In this document: positions 16,869 through 25,981 of the stretch, in pieces
Numbering within the stretch: position 1 is the first letter of the stretch
How the letters are laid out: the number at the start of each line of letters is the position of its first letter
Origin: Parcubacteria group bacterium Gr01-1014_31
Lineage (GTDB): Bacteria; Patescibacteriota; Patescibacteriia; Buchananbacterales; GWA2-38-13
Length of the DNA: 64,000 nt
Reading direction: 5' to 3'
Assembly: GCA_007376135.1 (NCBI GenBank)
Contig: VMFR01000001.1
Span: 452,360 to 516,359, forward strand
Notes under the pieces: generated by a model
Databases searched by the model: none
The model's input: only the letters and a program-made list of their open reading frames with translations
What the model was told of the DNA's origin: nothing
Made by a program: the position numbers and the translations under genes

Positions 16869-17648
16869 CTACATTCGCGTCAGTACCTCGTGCCCGGTTT
16901 CCGTCACGGCCACGGTGTGCTCAAAATGCGCCGACAGCGTCCCATCCTCGGTCACCATGGTCCAGCCGTCCGGCAACGTCTTGACCCGCCAATCGCCGAC
17001 ATTCACCATCGGCTCGATGGCAATGACCAAGCCGGGCTTCAAGACCACATCTTTATGCGACGGCGTGAAGTAATTCGGCACCTGCGGCTCCTCGTGCACG
17101 GCGTAGCCGACCCCGTGGCCGACCAGCTGGCGTACGATCGAGTACCCCGCCGCTTCCACGCGGCGTTGAATTGCCCGGCTGATGTCCGAGACGCGCTTGC
17201 CCGGCTCAACCTCGGCTATGCCGAGATTGAGCGCCTCTTCGGTCGCGGTGAGCAGGCGCCGCGAAGTTCGGGTGATCCCGCCGATACCCACCGTGCGGGC
17301 GGCGTCCACGTACAGCCAACGGTCGCGCGGCTTGGTCGCCAAACCCAGGTCCAATCCGACGATGTCGCCTTCCTTGAGGACGCGGTCGGACGCCGGAGCG
17401 TGCACGACCTCGTTATTGACCGAAGCGCACAGCGTGCAGGGAAACGGCGTTCCGGCATGGGACGGCCGATAGCCTAAAAAGGCCGGCTTTGCCCCGGCCT
17501 CGCGGATGAGCTGTTCGGCGAGCTGGTCCAGCTGGCGGGTGGTGACGCCCGGCCTGGCAGCCTTTGCCAATGCCTCAAGCACGCGGGCCAGCAGCTGCCC
17601 GGCTTCCCGCAGGCTGGCGATATCCTCGGGGGTTTTCGTTGTTATCAT
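16869..17648 (-). CDS. map: type I methionine aminopeptidase
   Basis: Pita-bread metal ligands (D…D…H…E…E) and …HGVGYAVHEEPQV… The 4-bp overlap with adk conserves the usual adk-map order. Confidence 0.9.
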   Translation of the reverse strand: MITTKTPEDIASLREAGQLLARVLEALAKAARPGVTTRQLDQLAEQLIREAGAKPAFLGYRPSHAGTPFPCTLCASVNNEVVHAPASDRVLKEGDIVGLDLGLATKPRDRWLYVDAARTVGIGGITRTSRRLLTATEEALNLGIAEVEPGKRVSDISRAIQRRVEAAGYSIVRQLVGHGVGYAVHEEPQVPNYFTPSHKDVVLKPGLVIAIEPMVNVGDWRVKTLPDGWTMVTEDGTLSAHFEHTVAVTETGHEVLTRM

Positions 17649-18412
17649 ATTCGGGTCTTGGCGCCAAGCGTTTTCCGTAAACGCGAAACCACGCTGCGGA
17701 AAACCACCGAAATTGCCGGACGGCCGTCGACGCGCAACAGCACGCCCTGGCGGCGATAGTGGGACAACAGCGGCGCGGTTTCACGGTGGTAGATGCGGAT
17801 GCGGCGCCGCACCGGCGCGGGCCGGTCGTCATTGCGCACGAACAGCGCGCGGCCGCAGGAATCGCAGATATTGCGCCGCCGCGGCGGATTATGGTCCACG
17901 TGGTAGCTGGCCCCGCAGACGCAGTTGAGGCGTCCGCCGATGCGCCGCACCGCCTCGCGGTCCGGCAACGCGATCTCAATGGCATGGGTCACCCCGCCCA
18001 GACGCTCCAAGGCTTTGAGCTGGCTGTGATTGCGGGGGTACCCGTCCAGGATGAACCCGCGGCGGCGCGCCGCGGCGGTCTTGAGGTACTTGCCCACCAT
18101 GGCGTTGGTCACCGCATCGGGCACGAGCTTTCCGGAAGCCAAAAACCGCATCGCCCGCTTGCCCAGCGCGGTCTTTTTGGATATTTCCGAGCGGAAAATG
18201 TTGCCGGTGGAAACGTGGGAAACTCCGTAACGCTTGGCGATCAGTTCGGCCTGCGTCCCCTTGCCCGACCCCTGCACGCCAAAAATAACCATCCGCGGTG
18301 GCCCCGAATCTTCGGCAGGGTTCAATGGTTTTCGTTTCGCCATACGTGCAACCATGGATGGTACGGCATCTTGAGAAAAAACGCAACGGACAAACAAAAA
18401 CGAGGGCTTCAA
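17645..18412 (-). CDS. adk: adenylate kinase (zinc-lid type)
   Basis: P-loop GVQGSGKGTQ, a CxxC…CxxC lid, and GFILDGYPRN. Confidence 0.85.
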   Translation of the reverse strand: MKPSFLFVRCVFSQDAVPSMVARMAKRKPLNPAEDSGPPRMVIFGVQGSGKGTQAELIAKRYGVSHVSTGNIFRSEISKKTALGKRAMRFLASGKLVPDAVTNAMVGKYLKTAAARRRGFILDGYPRNHSQLKALERLGGVTHAIEIALPDREAVRRIGGRLNCVCGASYHVDHNPPRRRNICDSCGRALFVRNDDRPAPVRRRIRIYHRETAPLLSHYRRQGVLLRVDGRPAISVVFRSVVSRLRKTLGAKTRI

Positions 18413-18438
18413 CCCCCGTGCGACACCTGCCCCATGTT

Positions 18439-18611
18439 ACAGCCGCCCCAGCGGAGCGCCGGAGATGCCGATCGCGAACATCGCCGAGAACAACCCCAAC
18501 AATACCGGCAGCACGCCGATGGCAACGATGACGTACACCGCAACACCCAGCAGGATGCCAATGGAAACGGCCGGATGAATGTGGACTTGCAACGGTTTAG
18601 GAACTGCCATA
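18439..18611 (-). CDS. possible small hydrophobic protein (57 aa)
   Basis: Hand-translated MAVPKPLQVHIHPAVSIGILLGVAVYVIVAIGVLPVLLGLFSAMFAIGISGAPLGRL. Two TM-like segments. Below the ORF-track cutoff and could be spurious. Confidence 0.2.
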
Positions 18612-18667
18612 CTCGCCTCTACTATACCCTACCCCAAGGAAGACAAGCCAGCCCAGATATCCACTGG

Positions 18668-20074
18668 CTACTGCTGGCCCCGTACATCCGTCAATAGCAA
18701 GAACACTCCTGGCCGCAACAGGAACGGCTGCCGGGGCGCGGCGGGCGGCAAACTCTTCCAGGCGTCACCTTTGGCCGCGGCAATGATAAAATCGTAGCGC
18801 GCCAACGGCGGGAGGGGTTGCTTGATGGACCAATACTCCACCTGGTGCTGCCGCAGATAGAACGGCATCGGCCAATATTCGTCCGCCCACACCAACACCC
18901 GCGCGCGCGGGAGTATCCGCGTCAACGCCTGCGCCGCCGTAACAACGGAACGGTCCGTATGCTCATACGCATAAGGATTGCCGACCTGCCAGGACTGCAG
19001 CCATGAGAACTGCACCGCGAACACCGCCAGGAACGCGATGCTGGCAACGCCGCCGCCGTAGCGCAGCGCGCGGCTTTTCACATGCGCAAATCCCCAAGCG
19101 CCCAAGAGCGCCAACGGCGCGACCAGATTGATGACCAGCCACGGCGTTTTGTAATCGATGGCGCTGTAGACCACCAAGGCAAAGATCGCCCAGAGCGCGA
19201 TGCTGCGTCCCGCCACCTCGCGCCAAGCGTACCGCAGCCCAACGGCCGCCCACAGCAAAAGGGGCAACTCGAAGCGCGAGATCAGCAGCAGGTAGTAGGT
19301 CCAAGGCTTGTTGTGCCCGGCGCCTTCAAATCCCCGCGACAGCCAGGGAGCAAACCCCTGCAGCGAGTCGGCCAGTCCCGGGAGGTAGCGGAAAAAGCTG
19401 GAAAACAGGCTGACGTAGACGAGCACCAGCAGCGCGGAGGCGAGGGCAAGGTATTCCCACTTGTGGGGTTGCCGCAAAGCCGCCAGGCCGCGCCGCCAGT
19501 GGACGATGCAAATCAGCCCCATAACGGCCAGCACGATGACGGCGGTTTCCTTGGTGGTCACCAGCAGTGCCACGGCCGCCGCCAGCATCGGCAGGAACGC
19601 CAGATCGCGACGCTGCAGCAGGGTGACCGTGAGCATGACCGCCGCCAGCGAGAACAGCACCAACGACGATTCATGGATGGAATATCGCGAGTAATAGGTC
19701 ATGGATGGCGACAGCAGCAAGGCAACGGCGGCCGGCAGCGCGAAACGCGGCTCCCTCCGCCACCACACCAGCGGTATGGCAACCAATGCGATCCCCGAGA
19801 TCATTGCCGGCAGCCGCAGCGACAGCTCCGACACGCCGAACGCCAGGAATGAAAAAAAGACCGCGAAAAAATACAGCGGTCCGTGGTAGTTGTTCGGGTC
19901 GTAGCGGAACTGCCCGCTCTCGCTGATGCGCTGGGCAAACCAATAATTCACGCCCTCGTCGTGGTGCAGCGGCCGCAAGGCCGGCAGGGCCAGACGCGAA
20001 ATGATGGCCAAGGCCAGCACTGCGGCACCCGCCACGACCACCCACCGCCTTCGCACGATCGCTTGTTTATCCAT
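18668..20074 (-). CDS. membrane glycosyltransferase, GT-C fold (GT39/ArnT/PMT-like)
   Basis: At least 10 TM helices. The hydrophobic pattern and N-terminal loop resemble ArnT/PMT-family transferases. Start trimmed to MDKQAIV. It sits between secY and adk, which is unusual. Confidence 0.45.
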   Translation of the reverse strand: MDKQAIVRRRWVVVAGAAVLALAIISRLALPALRPLHHDEGVNYWFAQRISESGQFRYDPNNYHGPLYFFAVFFSFLAFGVSELSLRLPAMISGIALVAIPLVWWRREPRFALPAAVALLLSPSMTYYSRYSIHESSLVLFSLAAVMLTVTLLQRRDLAFLPMLAAAVALLVTTKETAVIVLAVMGLICIVHWRRGLAALRQPHKWEYLALASALLVLVYVSLFSSFFRYLPGLADSLQGFAPWLSRGFEGAGHNKPWTYYLLLISRFELPLLLWAAVGLRYAWREVAGRSIALWAIFALVVYSAIDYKTPWLVINLVAPLALLGAWGFAHVKSRALRYGGGVASIAFLAVFAVQFSWLQSWQVGNPYAYEHTDRSVVTAAQALTRILPRARVLVWADEYWPMPFYLRQHQVEYWSIKQPLPPLARYDFIIAAAKGDAWKSLPPAAPRQPFLLRPGVFLLLTDVRGQQ

Positions 20075-20082
20075 GGGAAAAG

Positions 20083-20193
20083 TATACCCGGTAGGACAAC
20101 TTCCGGGAATATCACTGTACCGGACAACGATGCACACACTCCCCCCGACGACCGAACGGAGCAGTCACCCGGCAGGTTGTACTACCGGGTATA
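20083..20193. repeat. IR-bracketed intergenic element E2 (TIRs TATACCCGGTAGGACAAC / GTTGTACTACCGGGTATA)
   Basis: 17/18-bp inverted repeats 8 nt upstream of the GT39-like ATG. Same terminal inverted repeat family as E1 and E3. Confidence 0.5.
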
Positions 20194-20196
20194 GCA

Positions 20197-20235
20197 CACG
20201 CAAAAAAAACCGCCCGCCGGCGGCGCGGACCGCAA
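20197..20235 (-). terminator. rho-independent terminator after secY
   Basis: GC-rich hairpin (CCGCGCCGCCGGCGGGCGG) followed by T8 on the minus strand. Confidence 0.45.
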
Positions 20236-20244
20236 CAAGCCGGT

Positions 20245-21567
20245 CTACCACCCCTCGTAGTCGCGCATCGTCAGCTGCGACTCGATCTGTTTGGTCGTCT
20301 CAATGACCACCGACACCACGATCAGCAGACTCGAACCCGATAAGGTCAGCGTCTGCAGCCCGGTAAAATACTGTAACGCGATGGGCAACACGGCGATGAG
20401 TGCCAGGAACAGCGCGCCGGCCAGCACAATGCGGTTGGACACCTGCCCCAGATACTCCGCGGTCGGTCGGCCCGGCCGGATGCCCGGGATGAACCCGCCC
20501 TGCTTCTGGAGGTTCTCGGCCACCTGCTCGGGATGGAAGACGACTTCGGTGTAAAAGTAGGTGAAGCCGAACACCAGCAGGAAGAACATGACGCCGTAGC
20601 CCAAGGGGTTGGCCTGGAGATTGAAAAAGCCGTAGACGGCGTTGGCCGCCCGCGCGACCGTGGTGTTGGTCGCCTGGATGAAGAACTGCGCGATCATCGG
20701 CGGGAACAGCACGACGGAGATGGCGAAGATGATAGGGATCATGCCCGCCTGGTTGACGCGCAGCGGCAGGTGCGTGTTGACCCCGCCGTAGAGCTTGATG
20801 CCGCGTACCCGCCGAGCGTAGGACACCGGCACGTTGCGCTGGGCCTCGGTGATGAACACGGTCGCCGCGGTCACCACGACCGCGACGGCCAGGAACGTCA
20901 CCACACTGATGAGTTGCGAGGTATCAAAGACGGACAACGTCTGCTGGATGGCGGTCGGAATGCTGGTCACAATGCCGGCAAAGATGAGCAAACTGATGCC
21001 GTTGCCGACCTTCTTCTCCGAGATGAGCTCACCCAGCCACATCAGGAAAATGGTGCCGGCCGTCAAGGTAACAATGGTGCCGGCCAGCTGCAGGGAGGTC
21101 ATGGCGGCGATCAGCCGCACGCCCCCGGCCTGCTGCTGCTGGAGCAACGCGATCAGCCCGTAGCCCGACAACACCGCCAACGGCACGGTCAGCATCCGCG
21201 TCCACTGATTGAGCTTATGGCGGCCCTGCTCCCCTTCCTTGCTCAAGGCCTCCATCTTGGGGATGATCATGGTCAGCAGCTGGATGATGATGGACGCGGT
21301 AATGTACGGCCCAACCCCCAGCGCGACCACGGAGAAGTTCTCCATCGCCCCGCCGGAAAAAATGTTGAGCAAACCGAACAGCTGGTTGCGCTGGAAAAAG
21401 TCGCGCAGCGCCGTCACGTCGACGTTCGGCAGCGGAATGTGGGCGGCCAGCCGGAAGACGACCAAAAGCGCCAACACGTAGAGGATACTGTTGCGCAGGT
21501 CCTTGGACTTCCAGATTTTCCGCAATGGGTCAAGCAGCATGGTCGGCAATTTAGCGGTTCCCTCCAC
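20245..21567 (-). CDS. secY: preprotein translocase subunit SecY
   Basis: 10-TM SecY with conserved GGxxxxF…P and plug regions. Follows rplO. Confidence 0.9.
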   Translation of the reverse strand: MEGTAKLPTMLLDPLRKIWKSKDLRNSILYVLALLVVFRLAAHIPLPNVDVTALRDFFQRNQLFGLLNIFSGGAMENFSVVALGVGPYITASIIIQLLTMIIPKMEALSKEGEQGRHKLNQWTRMLTVPLAVLSGYGLIALLQQQQAGGVRLIAAMTSLQLAGTIVTLTAGTIFLMWLGELISEKKVGNGISLLIFAGIVTSIPTAIQQTLSVFDTSQLISVVTFLAVAVVVTAATVFITEAQRNVPVSYARRVRGIKLYGGVNTHLPLRVNQAGMIPIIFAISVVLFPPMIAQFFIQATNTTVARAANAVYGFFNLQANPLGYGVMFFLLVFGFTYFYTEVVFHPEQVAENLQKQGGFIPGIRPGRPTAEYLGQVSNRIVLAGALFLALIAVLPIALQYFTGLQTLTLSGSSLLIVVSVVIETTKQIESQLTMRDYEGW

Positions 21568-21582
21568 GGCCGCCGCGGCGTC

Positions 21583-22062
21583 CTATCCTTTCTTTCGCGT
21601 ACTCGCCACGAGCAACGCAACGGTTGCTGTTCCGCCGGCCGCTTCGATCATCTTTTTGGCGCCGGCGGAGAACGCGTCGGCCTGGACGGTCAAGGCCTTG
21701 GTCATCGGCTTGCCCCCGGCCAGCACCTTGATGCCCTGACGGTCGGTATCCACCAGACGGGCGGCGACCAGCGTGTGGCCGGAAACCGTCGCGCCGGCGG
21801 GAAACTTCCGCTCCAGCTGGTCGGTGGTCACGGTCCGCTCTTTGGGGGCATTCGGCTTCTGCCCCTTGAACTTGGGCAGGTGCATGATGAGGTGTTTGAG
21901 CGAACGGCGGGCGATGCCTTTGGCGCCGCCGGTACGGGCGCGCTGGCCCTTCACGCCGCGCGTCGAAAATGCGCCGTGGCCGGACCCCAAGCCGCGGCCG
22001 ACCCGCTTGCGGGGACGGACCGAGTTGGGGAAACGCTGCAAATTGTGCAATCCAACGGTCAT
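21583..22062 (-). CDS. rplO: 50S ribosomal protein L15
   Basis: …RVGRGLGSGHGAFSTRGVKGQRARTGG… The gene is directly adjacent to rpsE, so there is no L30 gene between them. Confidence 0.85.
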   Translation of the reverse strand: MTVGLHNLQRFPNSVRPRKRVGRGLGSGHGAFSTRGVKGQRARTGGAKGIARRSLKHLIMHLPKFKGQKPNAPKERTVTTDQLERKFPAGATVSGHTLVAARLVDTDRQGIKVLAGGKPMTKALTVQADAFSAGAKKMIEAAGGTATVALLVASTRKKG

Positions 22063-22097
22063 AGAGGTGATAGCGGCATCCTTATCCTAGCACGCGA

Positions 22098-22652
22098 TTA
22101 TACCGACGTCTCGGTCGAAAGCTCCGTTTCTGCGGGCCGCGGCAGCTGCTGCAGCCGGCGGAACGCCTCCAGCGTCGCGCGGACATTACTGATCTTATTG
22201 CTGGAGCCGAGGTTCTTGCCGACGACATTGGACACCTGCGCCAGTTTCAACATGGTGCGCACGGCGCCGCCCACCTTCACGCCGGTACCGGCAGGCGCGG
22301 GTTTCAATAGGATATGAGCGCCCTTATACTTCACTTCGACGGGGCACGGGATGCTTTCGCGGTACACCGGAACCGCCACCAGGTGCTTGCGTGCCTGGGT
22401 AACGGCCTTATTCACTGCGCCGGTCACGTCCGCGCCTTTGGCAATACCGACGCCGACGCGATGGCCCTGGGGCATGCCGATGGCAACACAGGCGCGGAAC
22501 CGCATGCGCTTGCCGCCCGCCATCACGCGGGTAACGCGGTCAACGGCGATTATCTCCTGGGCAAAATCGGTCTCGGGCTGTGGCGCACCGCCACCGCGGC
22601 CGCCTCGGCGCCCTCCCCCGCCCCCCTTCGAGTTCATCTTGGGTCTCGGCAT
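22098..22652 (-). CDS. rpsE: 30S ribosomal protein S5
   Basis: S5 double-domain fold with a Gly/Arg-rich N-terminal extension. Confidence 0.85.
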   Translation of the reverse strand: MPRPKMNSKGGGGGRRGGRGGGAPQPETDFAQEIIAVDRVTRVMAGGKRMRFRACVAIGMPQGHRVGVGIAKGADVTGAVNKAVTQARKHLVAVPVYRESIPCPVEVKYKGAHILLKPAPAGTGVKVGGAVRTMLKLAQVSNVVGKNLGSSNKISNVRATLEAFRRLQQLPRPAETELSTETSV

Positions 22653-22661
22653 ACAAGAATC

Positions 22662-23018
22662 TTAAAACTTCAAACCGGCTTTACGCGCGCCCTCGGCCAC
22701 GGCCTTGACGCGGCCATGGTAACGGTACGCGCCGCGATCAAATACCACCGCGTCGATCTTTTTCGCTTTGGCGCCGTCAGCCGCCAGCGCGCCCAACTTT
22801 TCGGCGGCCGCGATCTTGCCCTTCGCGCCCTTGATACCAATCGTCGAACCCGCCCACAGCGTCACCCCGGCCGCATCATCGATGAGCTGGGCGTAGGTGA
22901 AGCGCAGGCTGCGGAAGACCGACAAACGCGGCCGTTGAGCGGTACCAAACAGCGTGGCGCGCGTGCGCAGGGCGCGGCGCTCTCGGCGTTGCTGGGTGGC
23001 GGTTTCACGATTTGCCAT
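22662..23018 (-). CDS. rplR: 50S ribosomal protein L18
   Basis: L18 motif …GAYRYHGRVKAVAEGARKAGL…. Confidence 0.85.
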   Translation of the reverse strand: MANRETATQQRRERRALRTRATLFGTAQRPRLSVFRSLRFTYAQLIDDAAGVTLWAGSTIGIKGAKGKIAAAEKLGALAADGAKAKKIDAVVFDRGAYRYHGRVKAVAEGARKAGLKF

Positions 23019-23038
23019 AACACTCAGGAATACGAAGA

Positions 23039-23584
23039 TTATTCGGTCTTGGTCGCCTGCTTACCGGCCTTGCGGCGGATGACCTCGCCGACGTACTTGA
23101 TACCCTTGCCCTTGTAGGGTTCGGGCGGCATGACGTGGCGGATCTCGGCGGCCACCTGGCCGACCTGCTGCTTGTCGGCGCCTGCCACGGTAATGATGTT
23201 CTTTTCCACCGTCACGGTGACACCGGCGGGCACCTGGTAAGCGACCGGGTGCGAATACCCGACGTTGAGCGTGAGCGTGCTGCCGGAAATGGCCGCCTTA
23301 AAGCCGATGCCGGAGATCTCCAGTTGCTTGGAGAATCCCTCGGTCACGCCGCGCACCATGTTGGCGATCAGGCTGCGGAACACCCCCCACAGCGCCGCCT
23401 GCTTGTGGTTGGCGGGATTCTTGACGCTGACGGACACGATGCCGTCCACGACCGACACGCCGACCAACGGATGCAGCAACGTGGTTAGTTTACCTTTCGG
23501 CCCCTGCGCGGACACCATCGGACCGTCAATGGCGATGGTGGTGCCGGCCGGCACGGGAATCGGTTGTTTACCAATCCTGGACAT
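23039..23584 (-). CDS. rplF: 50S ribosomal protein L6
   Basis: Two L6 alpha/beta domains and a conserved C-terminus. Confidence 0.85.
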   Translation of the reverse strand: MSRIGKQPIPVPAGTTIAIDGPMVSAQGPKGKLTTLLHPLVGVSVVDGIVSVSVKNPANHKQAALWGVFRSLIANMVRGVTEGFSKQLEISGIGFKAAISGSTLTLNVGYSHPVAYQVPAGVTVTVEKNIITVAGADKQQVGQVAAEIRHVMPPEPYKGKGIKYVGEVIRRKAGKQATKTE

Positions 23585-23590
23585 AACAGC

Positions 23591-23620
23591 AATTTCGATA
23601 TATCGATATTTCGAAATCTT
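23591..23620. repeat. AT-rich TCGA-containing 9-nt repeat block filling the rplF-rpsH spacer
   Basis: aatttcgatatatcgatatttcgaaatctt. 26 of its nt (1 mismatch) recur inside the fusA coding sequence at about 34956-34981. Confidence 0.6.
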
Positions 23621-24020
23621 AGTAGACTTCGCAGATCAATTCTCCACCGAGCCGGCGTTTGCGGGCTTCGCGGTTGGTCATCAGGCCGGCGGACGTGGAA
23701 ACGACGGCGATACCAAGGTCATTGAGCACGCGCGGCAGATCTTGACTGGTGACGTACACGCGGCGTCCCGGCTTGCTGATGCGCTTCACGCTGGCGATCG
23801 CGGGCACTCCCGGCTGACGATAGCGCAGACCCAGCGTCAGCTGCTGGCGCGCCGCCTGTTGCGGGTGCGGGGCAACCGCCACGGATGCCAAATACCCCTG
23901 CTGCTCCAGCACTTTGGCGATGGACAATTTCATTTTGGAGTACGGCATCACCACCTGGCGGTGACCCACGGCCAGGGCGTTGCGGATACGGGTGAGCATG
24001 TCGGCGATAGGATCGGTCAT
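23619..24020 (-). CDS. rpsH: 30S ribosomal protein S8
   Basis: MTDPIADMLTRIRNA… is the canonical S8 N-terminus. Confidence 0.85.
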   Translation of the reverse strand: MTDPIADMLTRIRNALAVGHRQVVMPYSKMKLSIAKVLEQQGYLASVAVAPHPQQAARQQLTLGLRYRQPGVPAIASVKRISKPGRRVYVTSQDLPRVLNDLGIAVVSTSAGLMTNREARKRRLGGELICEVY

Positions 24021-24030
24021 AGCAGGTACA

Positions 24031-24216
24031 TTACCAGGACGACTTGCGGACGCCGGGCAGCGCGCCTTTCAGCGCCAATTCGCGGAAACAAATGCGACAG
24101 ATCTGGAAATCCCGCATGTAGCCGCGACGCCGGCCGCACCGCCAGCAACGCCGCACAATGCGCGTGGAAAACTTGGACGGACGGGCGGATTTCAATCGTT
24201 GTGCTTTGACGGCCAT
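24031..24216 (-). CDS. rpsZ: 30S ribosomal protein S14 type Z (zinc-binding, 61 aa)
   Basis: [61 protein letters not shown]. Start trimmed to the internal M. Confidence 0.85.
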   Translation of the reverse strand: MAVKAQRLKSARPSKFSTRIVRRCWRCGRRRGYMRDFQICRICFRELALKGALPGVRKSSW

Positions 24217-24226
24217 AGGGGAAACG

Positions 24227-24766
24227 CTAGCTGCGGAATGGGAAGCCCAGCTGTCGCAGCAAGGCCAGCCCTTCATCACGGTTGCGGGCGCTGGTGACGA
24301 CCGTCACCTCGACGCCGTGCAGCCGCTCCACCTCGTCGGCGGAGATCTCCGGGAACGGCAGGTTCTCTTTAAAGCCAAGGGACAGGTTGCCGTTGCGGTC
24401 GACGCCCTTGGGGTCCAACCCGCGGAAATCGCGCACGCGAGGCAACGTCACGTGCACCAATTTTTGCAAAAAGCTGAACATCCGTTCGCCACGCAGGGTC
24501 GCCTTCAACCCGATGACCTGGCCCTGGCGGATCTTAAAGTTGGAGATGGACTGCTTGGACTGCGTTTCCACCGGCTTCTGCCCGGTGATACGCCGCATGG
24601 TGCTGGCCGCAGCCTCGACGAACTTGGGGTCCTTGAGCCCGGGGCCCAGACCGATATTGACCACGACCTTCTGCAGACGCGGTACCTGCCAGACGTTGCG
24701 GTACCCGAGCTGCTGCTGGAGCGCCGCGGAGATCTGCTGCTGAAATTTGTTCTTCATGGTTTCCAT
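24227..24766 (-). CDS. rplE: 50S ribosomal protein L5
   Basis: L5 N-terminal and C-terminal domains. Confidence 0.85.
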   Translation of the reverse strand: METMKNKFQQQISAALQQQLGYRNVWQVPRLQKVVVNIGLGPGLKDPKFVEAAASTMRRITGQKPVETQSKQSISNFKIRQGQVIGLKATLRGERMFSFLQKLVHVTLPRVRDFRGLDPKGVDRNGNLSLGFKENLPFPEISADEVERLHGVEVTVVTSARNRDEGLALLRQLGFPFRS

Positions 24767-24770
24767 AGGT

Positions 24771-25082
24771 CTAGCGGAAAGTTGCCTGACAGTGATGGCA
24801 GCGGCGCTCGTGGCGGCCGTTCTCCTGCACGGCCACGCCGACGCGTGTCGGCTTGCCGCACTGGGGACAAACCAGCATCACCTTGGCCGCCGGCATCGGC
24901 GCCGGGAATTGCACTTTCTGGCCTTGCTCGCCCGAACGGCGCGGGCGCAGGTGTTTGACCGCCAGGTTCATGCCTTCGATCGACAGCACCCCAAGCCGCG
25001 GGAACGCCTGCAGCACTTTGCCGGTCTTGCCGCGGTCCTTGCCGCGAATGACCATCACTTTGTCGCCGGTTTTGATCTTCAT
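24771..25082 (-). CDS. rplX: 50S ribosomal protein L24 (variant with C-terminal CxxC…CxxC)
   Basis: N-terminus MKIKTGDKVMVIRGKDRGKTGKVL (KOW domain). The C-terminus carries CPQCGKP…CHHC. Confidence 0.8.
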   Translation of the reverse strand: MKIKTGDKVMVIRGKDRGKTGKVLQAFPRLGVLSIEGMNLAVKHLRPRRSGEQGQKVQFPAPMPAAKVMLVCPQCGKPTRVGVAVQENGRHERRCHHCQATFR

Positions 25083-25087
25083 AGGGT

Positions 25088-25459
25088 CTACAGTACTTCC
25101 TCCGCGAGCGAAATGATCTTCGCAAACCCGCGGTTGCGCAGCTCGCGCGCCACGGGGCCGAAGATGCGCGTGCCCTTGGGTTCCTTGGTCTCCTTATCCA
25201 CCAGCACAATGGCGTTGTCGTCGAAGCGGATGAAGCTGCCGTCGGCCCGGCGCACTTCCTTGCGGGTGCGCACGATCACCCCGTGGTGGACCTCGCCTTT
25301 CTTGACCATGGCATGCGGTACGGCTTCCTTGATGGTCACCGTCACGATGTCGCCGACCGTCGCCACACGGCGCTTGTAGCCGCCCAAAACACGGATCACC
25401 TGGATGCGGCGAGCTCCGGTGTTATCGGCGGGCGTCATCATGGTGCGATGTTGGACCAT
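25088..25459 (-). CDS. rplN: 50S ribosomal protein L14
   Basis: [24 protein letters not shown]…. Confidence 0.85.
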   Translation of the reverse strand: MVQHRTMMTPADNTGARRIQVIRVLGGYKRRVATVGDIVTVTIKEAVPHAMVKKGEVHHGVIVRTRKEVRRADGSFIRFDDNAIVLVDKETKEPKGTRIFGPVARELRNRGFAKIISLAEEVL

Positions 25460-25486
25460 AGGAATGCAGTACGAGGCGTGCCGGGC

Positions 25487-25741
25487 TTAAGATTTCGGGT
25501 ACACCACCAGCCAACGCTTGGTGCGCGAGATCGGCCGGCAGGCGACGAATTCGACCGTGTCGCCGGCGCGAAACTTGCCCAACGGGTCGTGCACGTGGAA
25601 CCGGCGGTGGGTGGTGTAGATCTTGTGATACTTGGGGTGCTCAACCGAACGCGCCACCTCGACCACCAGCGTTTTGGGGGTCTTGGCCGAGAGCACCTGG
25701 CCCTGGAATCGACGGATGCGGAGCGGTTGAGTGGTGGTCAT
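25487..25741 (-). CDS. rpsQ: 30S ribosomal protein S17
   Basis: OB fold; …GQVLSAKTPKTLVVEVAR…. Confidence 0.85.
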   Translation of the reverse strand: MTTTQPLRIRRFQGQVLSAKTPKTLVVEVARSVEHPKYHKIYTTHRRFHVHDPLGKFRAGDTVEFVACRPISRTKRWLVVYPKS

Positions 25742-25750
25742 AACAGTCTG

Positions 25751-25978
25751 TTACTTGGCCGTAATGGCGGGCGCGGATGCCGCGGGCTTGACGACGGGAG
25801 GATGCCGCAACGCGGTCTCCAGCTGGGCAATTGCCCGGCGGGCGGCGCGCACCTCGCGGACGTCCTTGTGTATGCCTTCGGCAACCTGCACGCGTAGCTG
25901 CTCCAGGCGGCGCTGCTCTTCCCGCAGCATCGTCTGCAGCTCTTCGCGATTTTTTCCGGCCAATGCAGCGAACTTCAT
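25751..25978 (-). CDS. rpmC: 50S ribosomal protein L29
   Basis: KELQTMLREEQRRLEQLRVQ coiled-coil. Confidence 0.8.
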   Translation of the reverse strand: MKFAALAGKNREELQTMLREEQRRLEQLRVQVAEGIHKDVREVRAARRAIAQLETALRHPPVVKPAASAPAITAK

Positions 25979-25981
25979 AGG

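Noticed and set aside
17645-18412. N-terminal about 40-aa extension on adenylate kinase (MKPSFLFVRC…) and similar long N-terminal extensions on rpsL, rplB, tpiA, rpsZ and rpmB in the ORF track
   Set aside because: The extensions precede canonical, conserved start contexts (internal ATG followed by the family's N-terminal motif). They probably reflect longest-ORF calling in GC-rich DNA, so starts were trimmed.
20533-22317. 594-aa plus-strand ORF antisense to secY/rplO/rpsE, and dozens of other long antisense ORFs in the track (e.g. 715..1926, 13328..14596, 22314..23117, 31346..32650, 62662..63657)
   Set aside because: These are typical stop-codon-poor antisense frames of a high-GC genome. They have Arg/Gly/Pro-rich low-complexity translations and fully overlap well-supported genes (ribosomal proteins, tuf, aspS, ribD). 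No motif supports them.
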